Origin: Octopus sinensis
Lineage: Eukaryota
DNA: 64,000 nt
NCBI RefSeq assembly: GCF_006345805.1
Contig: NC_043021.1
Coordinates: 17,174,001 to 17,238,000 of the forward strand
Direction of reading: 5' to 3'
Position numbers and translations under genes: made by a program. Under the pieces are notes generated by a model. The model was not told the DNA's origin. It saw only the letters and a list, made by a program, of their open reading frames with translations, and made no database searches. Positions within the stretch are counted from its first letter, which is position 1; each line of letters opens with the position of its first letter. Positions 10,773 through 23,190 of this stretch are shown here, piece by piece.

Positions 10773-12279
10773 GCGAGCTGGCAGAACCGTTAGCACGCCG
10801 GGCGAAATGCGTAGCCGTATTTCGTCTGCCGTTACGTTCTGAGTTCAAATTCCGCCGAGGTCGACTTTGCCTTTCATCCTTTCGGGGTCGATAAATTAAG
10901 TATCAGTTACGCAGTGGGGTCGATGTAATCGACTTAATCCATTTGTCTGTCCCCTCTGTGTTTAGCCCCTTGTGGGTAGTAAAGAAATAGAAATAGGTAT
11001 TTCGTCTGCCGTTACGTTCTGAGTTCAAATTCCGCCGAGGTCGACTTTGCCTTTCATCCTTTCGGGGTCGATAAATTAAGTATCAGTTACGCAGTGGGGT
11101 CGATGTAATCGACTTAATCCATTTGTCTGTCCCCTCTGTGTTTAGCCCCTTGTGGGTAGTAAAGAAATAGAAATAGGTATTTCGTCTGCCGTTACGTTCT
11201 GAGTTCAAATTCCGCCGAGGTCGACTTTGCCTTTCATCCTTTCGGGGTCGATAAATTAAGTACCAGTTACACAGTGGAGTCGATGTAATCGACCTAATCC
11301 GTTTGTCTGTCCTTGTTTGTCCCCTCTGTGTTTAGCCCCCTGTGGGTAGTAAAGAAATAGGTATCTCGCCCATCGCTACGTTCTGAGTTCAAATTCCGCC
11401 GAGGTCGACTTTGCCTTTCATCCTTTCGGGGTCGATAAATTAAGTACCAGTTACGCAGTGCGGTCGATGTAATCGACTTAATCCATTTGTCTGTCCTTGT
11501 TTGTCCCCTCTGTGTTTAGCCCCCTGTGGGTAGTAAAGAAATAGGTATCTCGCCCATCGCTACGTTCTGAGTTCAAATTCCGCCGAGGTCGACTTTGCCT
11601 TTCATCCTTTCGGGGTCGATAAATAAGTATCAGTTACGCAGTGGGGGCGATGTAATCGACTTAATCCATTTGTCTGTCCTTGTTTGTCCCCTCTGTGTTT
11701 AGCCCCTTGTGGGTAGTAAAGAAATAGGTATCTCGCCCATCGCTACGTTCTGAGTTCAAATTCCGCCGAGGTCGACTTTGCCTTTCATCCTTTCGGGGTC
11801 GATAAATTAAGTACCAGTTACGCAGTGCGGTCGATGTAATCGACTTAATCCATTTGTCTGTCCTTGTTTGTCCCCTCTGTGTTTAGCCCCTTGTGGGTAG
11901 TAAAGAAATAGGTATCTCGCCCATCGCTACGTTCTGAGTTCAAATTCCGCCGAGGTCGACTTTGCCTTTCATCCTTTCGGGGTCGATAAATTAAGTATCA
12001 GTTACGCAGTGGGGGCGATGTAATCGACTTAATCCATTTGTCTGTCCTTGTTTGTCCCCTCTGTGTTTAGCCCCTTGTAGGTAGTAAAGAAATAGGTATC
12101 TCGCCCATCGCTACGTTCTGAGTTCAAATTCCGCCGAGGTCGACTTTGCCTTTCATCCTTTCGGGATGGATAAATTAAGTACCAGTTACGCAGTGGAGTC
12201 GATGTAACCGACTTAATCCGTTTGTCTGTCCTTGTTTGTCCCCTCTGTGTTTAGCCCCTTGTGGGTAGTAAAGAAATAG
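10773..12279 (+). repeat. SINE family 2: one tRNA-like head followed by 8 tandem 180-184-bp body units, nested in a minus-strand SINE1
   Basis: Head GCGAGCTGGCAGAACCGTTAGCACGCCGGGCG, then 8 units each with GAGTTCAAATTCC (B box) and tail GTTTAGCCCCTTGTGGGTAGTAAAGAAATA; SINE1 halves at ~10510-10771 and 12281-12382. Confidence 0.95.
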
Positions 12280-12659
12280 CTATTGCAGAAGACACTTGCC
12301 GAGAGCGTCATGCAGTGGGGGTTAAACCCAGAAATATGCGGTTGCGAAGCAAGCTACTTACCACACAGCCACGCCTGCGCCTAAATTAATAAAAATTAAA
12401 CTAGGTTTTCATTTTATTTTTAATAAAAAGGTGTTAATTACGTAATTATAGTTTTGCAACTTTCAGAATTATTCTGCTGCTAAGATTTTGCGGTAAAAGT
12501 ACTTGAGAACTGTTATCTAATATTTTCCTGTTTTCAAGTGGGATGTTAATTCCAGCTATTAAACGCCGCACAATTAAATCCTGCTTTCCGTTTTTCCCCC
12601 AACCTCCACCTTACATCAAGTGCTCGGTCTGTTTTCTAAATCGTTAAAACGTCTAAGTC

Positions 12660-12930
12660 CCTCCTTCTGGCACCACGTGGAGGCACAACGACATTGTTAA
12701 AAGCTCAGCCCGTGACTATTGCACTGTTGCTGGCTGCCGCCGCTGCTGCTGCTGATTTTTTCGTTGCTTTGCTTTGCTTTACCGGAGGGAGGTTTGTTGG
12801 AAGATCTTTACGTCATTCTAAAAACCAACCACCCCCTCTCTCTCCGCTTCACTCTCTCTCTCTCACTGTCTCTCTACCTTTTCGCCCTTCCTCTTTCCCT
12901 CCCTCCGTTTTATATCTCTGTCTCTATCGC
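12660..12930 (+). promoter_or_regulatory. Candidate promoter-proximal region of the signal-peptide gene
   Basis: CpG-retaining unique sequence; E-box CACGTG 12674-12679, ATF/CRE-like TTACGTCA 12808-12815, (CT)n tract ~12836-12930; TSS not determinable. Confidence 0.4.
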
Positions 12931-12999
12931 CGTACACGAGTGTGTGTGTGTATGTGTATGTGTAGGTTAGAGAGACATGTATGTGTATACGCGTCGATG

Positions 13000-13514
13000 T
13001 CTGTGTGTGTGTGCGTGTGTTTATTATCATAAACGGCCATTTTGACTGACTTGCCAAACCTCTAGAAGCTCTCCCTCAGCTCGAACCAGCGAGACTTCAG
13101 TGTCTATTAAAAAAAAAAAAAACAACAAAAAACAAACAAACACACAACAGATAAATATATACAACGTGATTTTTTTTTTTTTTTCATTCTTTCTTCTCCT
13201 TCACAACAATATTCCGAAGGAAGGAAGGAAGGAAGGAAGATTTTTTAGTTGACAAGCGGTTTGGACAAAAAGTGACAAAAAAAAAAAAAAAAAAAAAAAA
13301 AGGACCACCACCGCCGCCGCCGCCGCCACCAACTACAATAACCCCCCCTCCCCTCCATAAGAACAACATATAGTAGTTCAGTCTCTTTTCCGAGTCTCTT
13401 CTTCTTTCTCTTCCTCTTCTTCATCAGTTTTGTGAGGAGAGAAGAAAAAAGTGAGAGAGAAAGAGTGGAAGCGAGAGAGAGCACTGTTAAATATCTCTTT
13501 AAGTGTTTGAATGA
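13000..13514 (+). other. Putative 5' UTR
   Basis: No ATG on + from 13000 to 13510; short uORF ATG AAT GGA AAC TAG at 13511-13525 overlaps the start in another frame; in-frame TGA at 13512-13514 directly precedes ATG 13515. Confidence 0.55.
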
Positions 13515-13614
13515 ATGGAAACTAGGAAAATGGCCAGAAAAGTCTCCTTGCTCACCGCCGGACTATTGTTGACAATAATAATTCACCTGTGCGGGCTAAC
13601 TAATGCAATCTCAG
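13515..13614 (+). CDS. First coding exon of a secreted or membrane protein (signal peptide), phase-1 intron follows
   Basis: METRKMARKVSLLTAGLLLTIIIHLCGLTNAIS+G: basic n-region, hydrophobic h-region, small-residue T-N-A cleavage motif; alternative start ATG 13530; exact donor CAG|GTAAGT at 13612-13620. Confidence 0.75.
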
Positions 13615-13843
13615 GTAAGTTGGCCTTTTTTTTTTTATTTAAAATAAACATATATCCGTAATTTATGTACGTATATATATATATATATCACTATATATGT
13701 GTGTGTATATAGTATATATATTCCTCAATCGTCTATTGAACCTATATTTAATGTCTTACAACTAATTCTTCCTCTTTCATTTTCATGCTTTTTACCTTAT
13801 AATATAATAATCATGATTTATCAGGTGGTTGTCTGTGTGTATA

Positions 13844-13886
<43 letters not shown>

Positions 13887-14880
13887 CTGTGTTTTGTGGT
13901 GAGGTTGTGTTTTTTTTTAGTTGCTGGGGTGAGAGTGAAAAAAGATTTGCGGTTGTTTGTTATATGCCATTATTAATTAATGTTCCTAATTAATGTTTTG
14001 TTTATCAATACAAAATTCAAAAGAGAGATATGAAAATAATAAATTCATTTTTATTTGTTTCTCTGAATAGATAATTAACTGTCGGCATAATTTTCTTTCA
14101 TACAATCTATATGTTTATTTATCATGGTCTTTAATAAATGTATACACTATATCGATGGCCATTATATATACTCCATATATACACACATATATATATGTAT
14201 GTATATGTTTGTATGTATATTATTCAAATATATGCATACGTAGCTATGGACATTATCGCCTATATATGTATATATAAGACATGATTTCCTAAATATATAC
14301 ACACACACAGAGCCATGGATATTTTCGCTCGAACACAGAACACACACATACATATATTATATATGTGTGTATATATACATACATACATGTATGTATGTAT
14401 ATACAGTGTGTGTGTCTGTAGTGTTTATTTGTAAATGTAATGTCTCCTCCTTTCGTCGTCGACCCTTCTGTAGAATAAAGGAGACCAATGGCTTCGGAAG
14501 GGACAGACGAAAACACAGAGAGAGAGAGAGAGAAAAAAAATGCTAGAAATGAAACTAAGATGGTAAATGTAAAGTCGCAATACGGCTTTTTTGGTCAGTC
14601 TCGATGGTGGAACGATGCCTTTCATTGCAAGGTGGTTGCTACTGGTCGTTGTTTTCTTGTCTTGCTTGTCCACTTCTCTCACCTGCTTGGCCTCATTCCT
14701 TATCCTACCTTTTATATTTGCATATACCTATACATACATATATATATATATATATATCTTTATATATAATGTCGTTTCGTTATGTGTGTGTATAGTTTAA
14801 CTATCATACGAATATCATTGCATGCCCAGTTATTTTCTACCTATAATGTTTGTGTATATAATATATAATATATATATATA

Positions 14881-15540
14881 AAGTGTTCCGTAGATACATG
14901 TAAAACACTATCAACCATCATTACATGCACGAACATATATGAGCGTGTGTGTATGATCGAACAGGCTTAGAGAGAATACATCTTTCTCACTATATATATG
15001 TGTATATATATATATATATGTGTGTATATATATATATATGTGTGTGTATATATATATATGTATATGTATGCGCAAACCGATTATCAGGTGTGTGTGTATA
15101 GCAACAATCGAATATGTTTGTTGGAAATTTTGATGTGAAATGCAATCGACATCTCAGGTGTGTGTGTATGTATATATATATATATATATATACCCTCATA
15201 TGTACACAGTTTTTCAGGTAAATGATGTATATGAATGTGTATCAAGAAGCATTTACAATTAATTGATCTTTTAACGATTATCGAGAGAGATCAAATAAAT
15301 TTCTTAATTTTTCCTCGGTGCTAATCAATTTGCAAGTTTCCTATTTTTTTTTTTTTTAAATTCGATATTTCTAAACGGAAATCATTAAATAAAAGATTAA
15401 TTTTCCCCAACCTCCTGTTAAACGGTTAGGAAACAATTATTTTTATTAATTTTATTATCTTCAATTACAATTTAAATTCTGTTCTGGGTAATCCTCGCTT
15501 CTGCAGTCGTAAATTCAAATTTGTCTTTTGATTGTGCTTC

Positions 15541-15576
<36 letters not shown>

Positions 15577-16228
15577 AAGTGTTCCGTAGATACATGTAAA
15601 ACACTATCAACCATCATTACATGCACGAACATATATGAGCGTGTGTGTATGATCGAACAGGCTTAGAGAGAATACATCTTTCTCACTATATATATGTGTA
15701 TATATATATATATGTGTGTATATATATATATATTTGTGTGTGTATATATATATATGTATATGTATGCGCAAACCGATTATCAGGTGTGTGTGTATAGCAA
15801 CAATCGAATATGTTTGTTGGAAATTTTGATGTGAAATGCAATCGACATCTCAGGTGTGTGTGTATGTATATATATATATATACCCTCATATGTACACAGT
15901 TTTTCAGGTAAATGATGTATATGAATGTGTATCAAGAAGCATTTACAATTAATTGATCTTTTAACGATTATCGAGAGAGATCAAATAAATTTCTTAATTT
16001 TTCCTCGGTGCTAATCAATTTGCAAGTTTCCTATTTTTTTTTTTTTTTAAATTCGATATTTCTAAACGGAAATCATTAAATAAAAGATTAATTTTCCCCA
16101 ACCTCCTGTTAAACGGTTAGGAAACAATTATTTTTATTAATTTTATTATCTTCAATTACAATTTAAATTCTGTTCTGGGTAATCCTCGCTTCTGCAGTCG
16201 TAAATTCAAATTTGTCTTTTGATTGTGC

Positions 16229-16231
<3 letters not shown>
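14881..16231. repeat. Tandem duplication, ~696-bp period, junction in (TA)n
   Basis: AAGTGTTCCGTAGATACATG at 14881 and 15577; copies are identical apart from microsatellite/homopolymer lengths. Confidence 0.95.
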
Positions 16232-16260
<29 letters not shown>

Positions 16261-16263
<3 letters not shown>

Positions 16264-16901
16264 GTGTGTGTATATTTGTGTGTATCTAAACGCATTTTGC
16301 ACGTGTGTATATAATGTGTACACATGTATGTGTGTGTGTGTGTGACAGCGGACTTAAAGGGCCAATTTTAATTTAGGATCGTGAAACCCTTGTGTTTGAA
16401 GTTCAATTTTTATTGCAAAATATAAATCGAAACAAGTCCGGGGCGGAATGAGTAATTTTATCAGCCTTTCATGGTTTCTGTATTTCCTACCGATTCCTAC
16501 AGGTAGCAAAAGACATTCTCCTCTATTCTCATGATCTCTTCTCTGCAAAACACAGATTCAGAAGAACCAAATATTTTATTTCAAGGTGCGTGTTGATAAG
16601 ATGTGATCGATCAGATCGAACCTTAAACATTATTACTGCTGTTTTTCTTTTTTTTTTTTTTATCGATTCTGTTCGAATGTAATCAATAAAGTTATAAGTA
16701 AGATAAAAAGAAATTTAGTCTTAATCCCCGGCGACATTTTAACTAGGAAGCCAGATTTTAGGTGTTCGATTATAGTGGTGTTAATTTATATATATACATC
16801 ACGGATTTTACCTGTCTGAACGGTATTCAGTTATATATATATATGTATGTAATATGCACATACACAATGTAAATACGCATACATATTTCATACACGCACG
16901 C

Positions 16902-16964
<63 letters not shown>

Positions 16965-17605
16965 AATGTGTGTGTATATTTGTGTGTATCTAAACGCATT
17001 TTGCACGTGTGTATATAATGTGTACACATGTATGTGTGTGTGTGTGTGACAGCGGACTTAAAGGGCCAATTTTAATTTAGGATCGTGAAACCCTTGTGTT
17101 TGAAGTTCATTTTTATTGCAAAATATAAATCGAAACAAGTCCGGGGCGGAATGAGTAATTTTATCAGCCTTTCATGGTTTCTGTATTTCCTACCGATTCC
17201 TACAGGTAGCAAAAGACATTCTCCTCTATTCTCATGATCTCTTCTCTGCAAAACACAGATTCAGAAGAACCAAATTTTTATTTCAAGGTGCGTGTTGATA
17301 AGATGTGATCGATCAGATCGAACCTTAAACATTATTACTGCTGTTTTTCTTTTTTTTTTTTTTATCGATTCTGTTCGAATGTAATCAATAAAGTTATAAG
17401 TAAGATAAAAAGAAATTTAGTCTTAATCCCCGGCGACATTTTAACTAGGAAGCCAGATTTTAGGTGTTCGATTATAGTGGTGTTAATTTATATATATACA
17501 TCACGGATTTTACCTGTCTGAACGGTATTCAGTTATATATATATATATGTATGTAATATGCACATACACAATGTAAATACGCATACATATTTCATACACG
17601 CACGC
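16261..17605. repeat. Second tandem duplication, ~704-bp period, junction in (TA)n
   Basis: AATGTGTGTGTATATTTGTGTGTATCTAAACG at 16261 and 16965; differences are single-base indels. Confidence 0.95.
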
Positions 17606-17619
17606 ATATATATATACAT

Positions 17620-17684
<65 letters not shown>

Positions 17685-18245
17685 ATGTATATTCATATAC
17701 ACACACGATCACACAGCACGTATGCATATACATCCGCACAAATGTATTTGTATCAAAGTGCGCAACGTCATGGAATTTGTTGGAATAAATCTTCCAAACC
17801 AGGCATCACAAGGTTTTGAGATCAATTCTTCTCCTAGTATAACGGCAATAACATTTTCAAGCCATTTATTATTTTTTTTTCCTGCCCTAATTGCACGGAA
17901 ACCAGCCACAGTTTAATATTTTAATGTTGTGCGTTGGAATGTCGCCAAGATCGACGCTTGCTTTTTTTTTTTTTCGTTCCTTCTTCCAAAAAGTCGATAA
18001 AGTACCAAGCACTCGATGGAGCGGGGTCAGGCAGTGGAATCGGCAGAAACGGTAGAGCGTCGGATGAAATCGCTTTGCGATATTTAGTTGCGTCCCTTTA
18101 CGTTCCGTGTTCGAACCTCGCCGAGGGTGGAGATTCTAGCTTGCCTGTTGTACCTCTAGGATTCGAAAACAGAATGCATCACTGAAACACTGAGGCATCG
18201 ATTTTTATGCATCTTTGACGAGAAAGGAATTGCTATATATATATA

Positions 18246-18283
<38 letters not shown>

Positions 18284-19789
18284 CCTTCAAAATGTGTGGC
18301 CTTGTGCCTCTGTACGTTAGCAATTAAATTTATTGATTCGATTTGCAAACCTGTAAAAATAAATGGAAGTGTGACCTTTATAAAAACGATGCATATTTAA
18401 ACCCCTGTCTTCTCGTGTGTGTGTGTGTGTGTGTGTGTATAATCATTTCCTAAGGTGTGCATATATGTCGTTGGAAATAATAATAAAAAAAAAAAAGAGA
18501 CACCTGAATACGATGGAAGAATAGACCGATCGAAATGCGGTGTGCGTAGTAGGAAGGCCAATAAATGAGAGCCGTTTAACTTCAGCGCACTGAAGCACCT
18601 GTTGTTGCTGCTTCAAATAACGCACTTGTCTGTGAATTGCACTCACTTCCTTGGAAGGGATGGTCGTTGCCCTGGGCTTGTCCCACCTGTAGAGCTTAGT
18701 CTAGAGTTCGCCTACAAGAACAAACAAACAGATCTGGGTGGGCGGGTGGCAGCAGAATATTTGGTGTTTTTTTTTCGTTTCCTCTGCATTCTGAGTTCAA
18801 ATCTTGACGGGTTTTGCCTTGATTTTTTTTTTTATTATCATTTCTAGGCCAATAAAATAACTATTTATCTAGACAACAGTGTTATATAGTACACTATATA
18901 TTTATCTCTCTCTCTCTTTGCCCTCAGGATATTAAATATTTGATCTTGTACTTAACTGAAAACAAATCCTTCACACATCTATCATCCATTATTTCCCCTC
19001 AAATTATATGTAAAGGTCGGATGTGTGTACACACACATAAAACAATGCTGATTGGAAATAGAATTTATTTTTGGGGCAATTGTTTTTGTTTTTGCCTTTC
19101 AACATATGTGTGTGTGTGTTTGTGTGTGTATTACATGTGTAATGATTTAGCTTGGTTGGTCTATAACATCCATTTCTTTTCGTTTCGGTATAAATAAATC
19201 ATCGCAATGGCGTTGTATTTATTATAAATTATGAATGTATAACAATAATAATAATAATAATAATAGAAAAAAGAGAGGGAAAATATAATTGCTACACCAA
19301 CAGCAACAACAAAAATAATATTGCAGATATTCAAGATTCACATCGGAAATTATATAAAATTAGGCCATTATAGAAGGATTTCCAGGTATTAATAATATTG
19401 TACTATCGAAAAAATAAATATATAAATAAATAAAATAAAATTATTTTTTGCTTATATCAATATATTATTATTATTATTATTATTCACTTTTTTTTTTTAT
19501 ATCTGTCCAATTATTGAGATATAATTAATTTGAACGCAGCAAACGTAAAAAAAAAAATCGAAGAAAGAAGGATAAAAATGAAAGGAACAAGCATATTTCG
19601 TTCATTATATAGTTATGGTGGTTGTACGTATATCGATTTTTATAATTGATTTTATTTTTTATATTATTTGACATTTTAACGTTTTTTTGATCATTACACA
19701 CGCGCGCACATACACACACAGCAATAACAACAACAACAGCAGCAACACATAAAGAGAGAAAATACACACTCACTCCCGAATACACATAT

Positions 19790-20950
19790 ATGTATGTACA
19801 CACACATATGTATGTGCACACACATATATGTATGTACACACACATATATGTATGTACACACACATATATGTATGTACACACATATATGTATGTGCACACA
19901 CATATATGTATGTACACACACATATATGTATGTACACACATATATGTATGTACACACACACATATATGTATGTACACACACACATATATGTATGTACACA
20001 CACACATATATGTATGTACACACACACATATATGTATGTACACACACACATATATGTATGTACACACACACATATATGTATGTACACACACATATATGTA
20101 TGTACACACACACATATATGTATGTACACACACATATATGTATATACACACATATATATATGTACACACACATATGTATGTACACACACATATGTATGTA
20201 CACACACATATATGTATGTACACACACACATATATGTATGTACACACACATATATGTATATACACACATATATATATGTACACACACATATGTATATGTA
20301 CACACACATATATGTATGTACACACATATATGTATGTACACACATATATGTATGTACACACATATATGTATGTACACACACACATATGTATGTATATACA
20401 CACATATATATATGTACACACACACATGTATGTACACACACACATATATGTATGTACACACACATATATGTATGTACACTCACATATATGTATGTACACA
20501 CACACATATATGTATGTACACACACACACATATATGTATGTACACACACACACATATATGTATGTACACACACACATATATGTATGTACACACACACATA
20601 TATGTATGTACACACACACATATATGTATGTACACACACACATGTATGTACACACACACATATGTTGTACACACACCATATATGTATGTACACACACACA
20701 TATATGTATGTACACACACATATATGTATGTACACACACACATATGTATGTACACACACACATATGTATGTACACACACACATATGTATGTACACACACA
20801 CATATATGTATGTACACTCACACATATATGTATGTACACACTCACACATATATGTATGTACACACTCACACATATATGTATGTACACACACACACATATA
20901 TGTATGTACACACACACACATATGTATGTACACACACACATATATGTATG
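19790..20950. repeat. ~1.15-kb minisatellite, ~18-24-bp unit (CA)nTATATGTATGTA
   Basis: Direct reading; source of the 260-500 aa pseudo-ORFs. Confidence 0.95.
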
Positions 20951-21010
20951 TATCTGTGGCTTAGATGTTATGTTTGACAATTATAATTTCAGACAGCTTT
21001 GTGCTAACAA

Positions 21011-21043
<33 letters not shown>

Positions 21044-21439
21044 TATACACAAACATACATATGTTTATACGCACACACACACATATACACATACGCGCAC
21101 CTGTTATAATGTATGTATGTATATATATTGTGTTTATGCATATACGCGCGCACTGATGCATTGTGTTGTAATGTTTGTGTCTGTGTTGCCCTTGTGGCGA
21201 ATAAAGCTACTGCTACTAGTTCTACTGCTGCTGCTGCCGCGGCTGCTGCTGCTGCTACTCATTATCGTCATGCTTTCGATGTTATAGATCCTGTCGGCTT
21301 TGCTGATGATGATGATGATGGCAGAGGCCAGGTTGGCGGTGGGGGGGGGGGGAGGAGGAGGAAAGCGAGATGAGCAAAATTCCATCAAGGTTAAAAGAGA
21401 AACACCTAACACCTATCGATGCCTTGCACACTTAGTCTC

Positions 21440-21494
21440 TCTCTTTCTCCACACAAAGCTCTATCTCTCATCAGCTCTCTCTATCTCTCATCTG

Positions 21495-21525
<31 letters not shown>

Positions 21526-22841
21526 CACAAAGCTCTATCTCTCATCAGCTCTCTCTCTCTCTCTCTCTCTCCTTCCACACACACAGCTCTCTCTCTGTTT
21601 TTACTTCTCTCTCTCTCTGTCTGTCTCTCTCTTTCTCCACACAAAGCTCTATCTCTCATCAGCTATCTCTCTCTCTCTCCTTCCACACACACACAGCTCT
21701 CTCTCTGTCTGCCTTAGCTACATAGCTCTGTCTTCATCTCTCTCTCTCTACTTATATACAGAGAACCTTGGTAGATGGCGATGATGGTGTTCGAGGTAGG
21801 ATTTAGAAAGAAGACATAGCAAAGCTATATGGCTTCGAATAATGTGAAACAACAACAATAATAAAAGGATGATAATCTCTCTCTCACACACACACATCTC
21901 AGAAATGCTAAACATCTCGGTTTTATCTCACACCTTAGTAGTTATGGTGGAAATTTTGTGTGGGAAGTGGTAATCGTTCTCCTACTATGTAAGTTTACAT
22001 ACACACGTATGGGTATACATGTGTGTATGTATATGTGTGTGTTTGAATATCATGAATAAAAAATCACCTTTTTGAAGAATTAGTACGCACGGGTGCTAAG
22101 GTTTCTGTCATATGCACACACACGTGTGTGTGCATGAATATGTATATATGTCTGTGTGTGTGTGTGTGTGTATTTTATGGTTCAAATTTTTTTATCTTTT
22201 GAAGAGTTTGAACTTGGTGTATAGCTAAGAATTTTGTCATCTATCTACCTACCTACCTATCTATCTACCTACCTATCTATCTACCTACCTATCTATCTAC
22301 CTACCTATCTACCTACCTATCTATCTACCTACCTATCTATCTACCTACCTATCTATCTATCTATCTATCTACCTACCTATCTACCTACCATTCTACCTAT
22401 CTACCTATCTATCTACCTATCTACCTACCTACCTACCATTCTATCTACCTACCTACCTATCTATCTACCTACCTACGTATCTATCTATCTATACACACAC
22501 ACGCGCTTATTCTTTTACTTGCTTCAGTCATTTGACTGCGGCCTTGCTGGAGCACCGCCTCATATATAAACACACACACACATCATCATTTAACGTCCGT
22601 TTTTTTATGCTTGCATGGGTTGGACGGTTTGACTGAAAACTGGTAAGCTGCGGTGGGGGCGGGGCTGCGCTAGGTTCCAATCCACACACACTATATATAT
22701 ACCACACACTCATATAATATACATACATACATACATACTATATATATATATATATACATACAATATATATAACATATATATATATATATACATACATATA
22801 TATATACATATATATATATATAATATATATATATACATACA

Positions 22842-22872
<31 letters not shown>

Positions 22873-23190
22873 CATACATATATATATACATACATAATAT
22901 ATACATATATATAATATATATATACATACATATATATATACATACATATATATATACATACATATATATATATATACATACATTATATATATACATACAT
23001 ATATATATACATACATATATATATATACATACTATATATATTATACATACATATATATATATACATACATATATATTATACATACATATATATATACATA
23101 ACATATATATATACATACATATATATGTATACATACATTATATGTATACATACATACTCATATATAATATACATACATACATATATATTT
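21440..23190. repeat. Cluster of simple repeats: (CT)n-rich 21440-21750, (CTAC/CTAT)n 22240-22490, (TA/CATA)n 22690-23190
   Basis: Direct reading. Confidence 0.9.

Noticed and set aside
10813-12279. Regularly spaced repeat array as possible CRISPR
   Set aside because: Eukaryotic context, 180-bp near-identical units with no unique spacers, and clear SINE origin.
14615-14720. Second signal-peptide-like ORF MPFIARWLLLVVVFLSCLSTSLTCLA
   Set aside because: No splice donor follows and it runs into a (TA)n tract; T-rich DNA readily yields hydrophobic peptides.
19525-21287. ORFs of 260-497 aa
   Set aside because: Translations of a CA/TA minisatellite (HTHIYVC repeats), open in many frames on both strands; not protein-like.
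21285-21373. Possible terminal exon DPVGFADDDDDGRGQVGGGGGRRRK
   Set aside because: Composed of (GAT)n, poly(G) and (GGA)n simple repeats with a poor acceptor.
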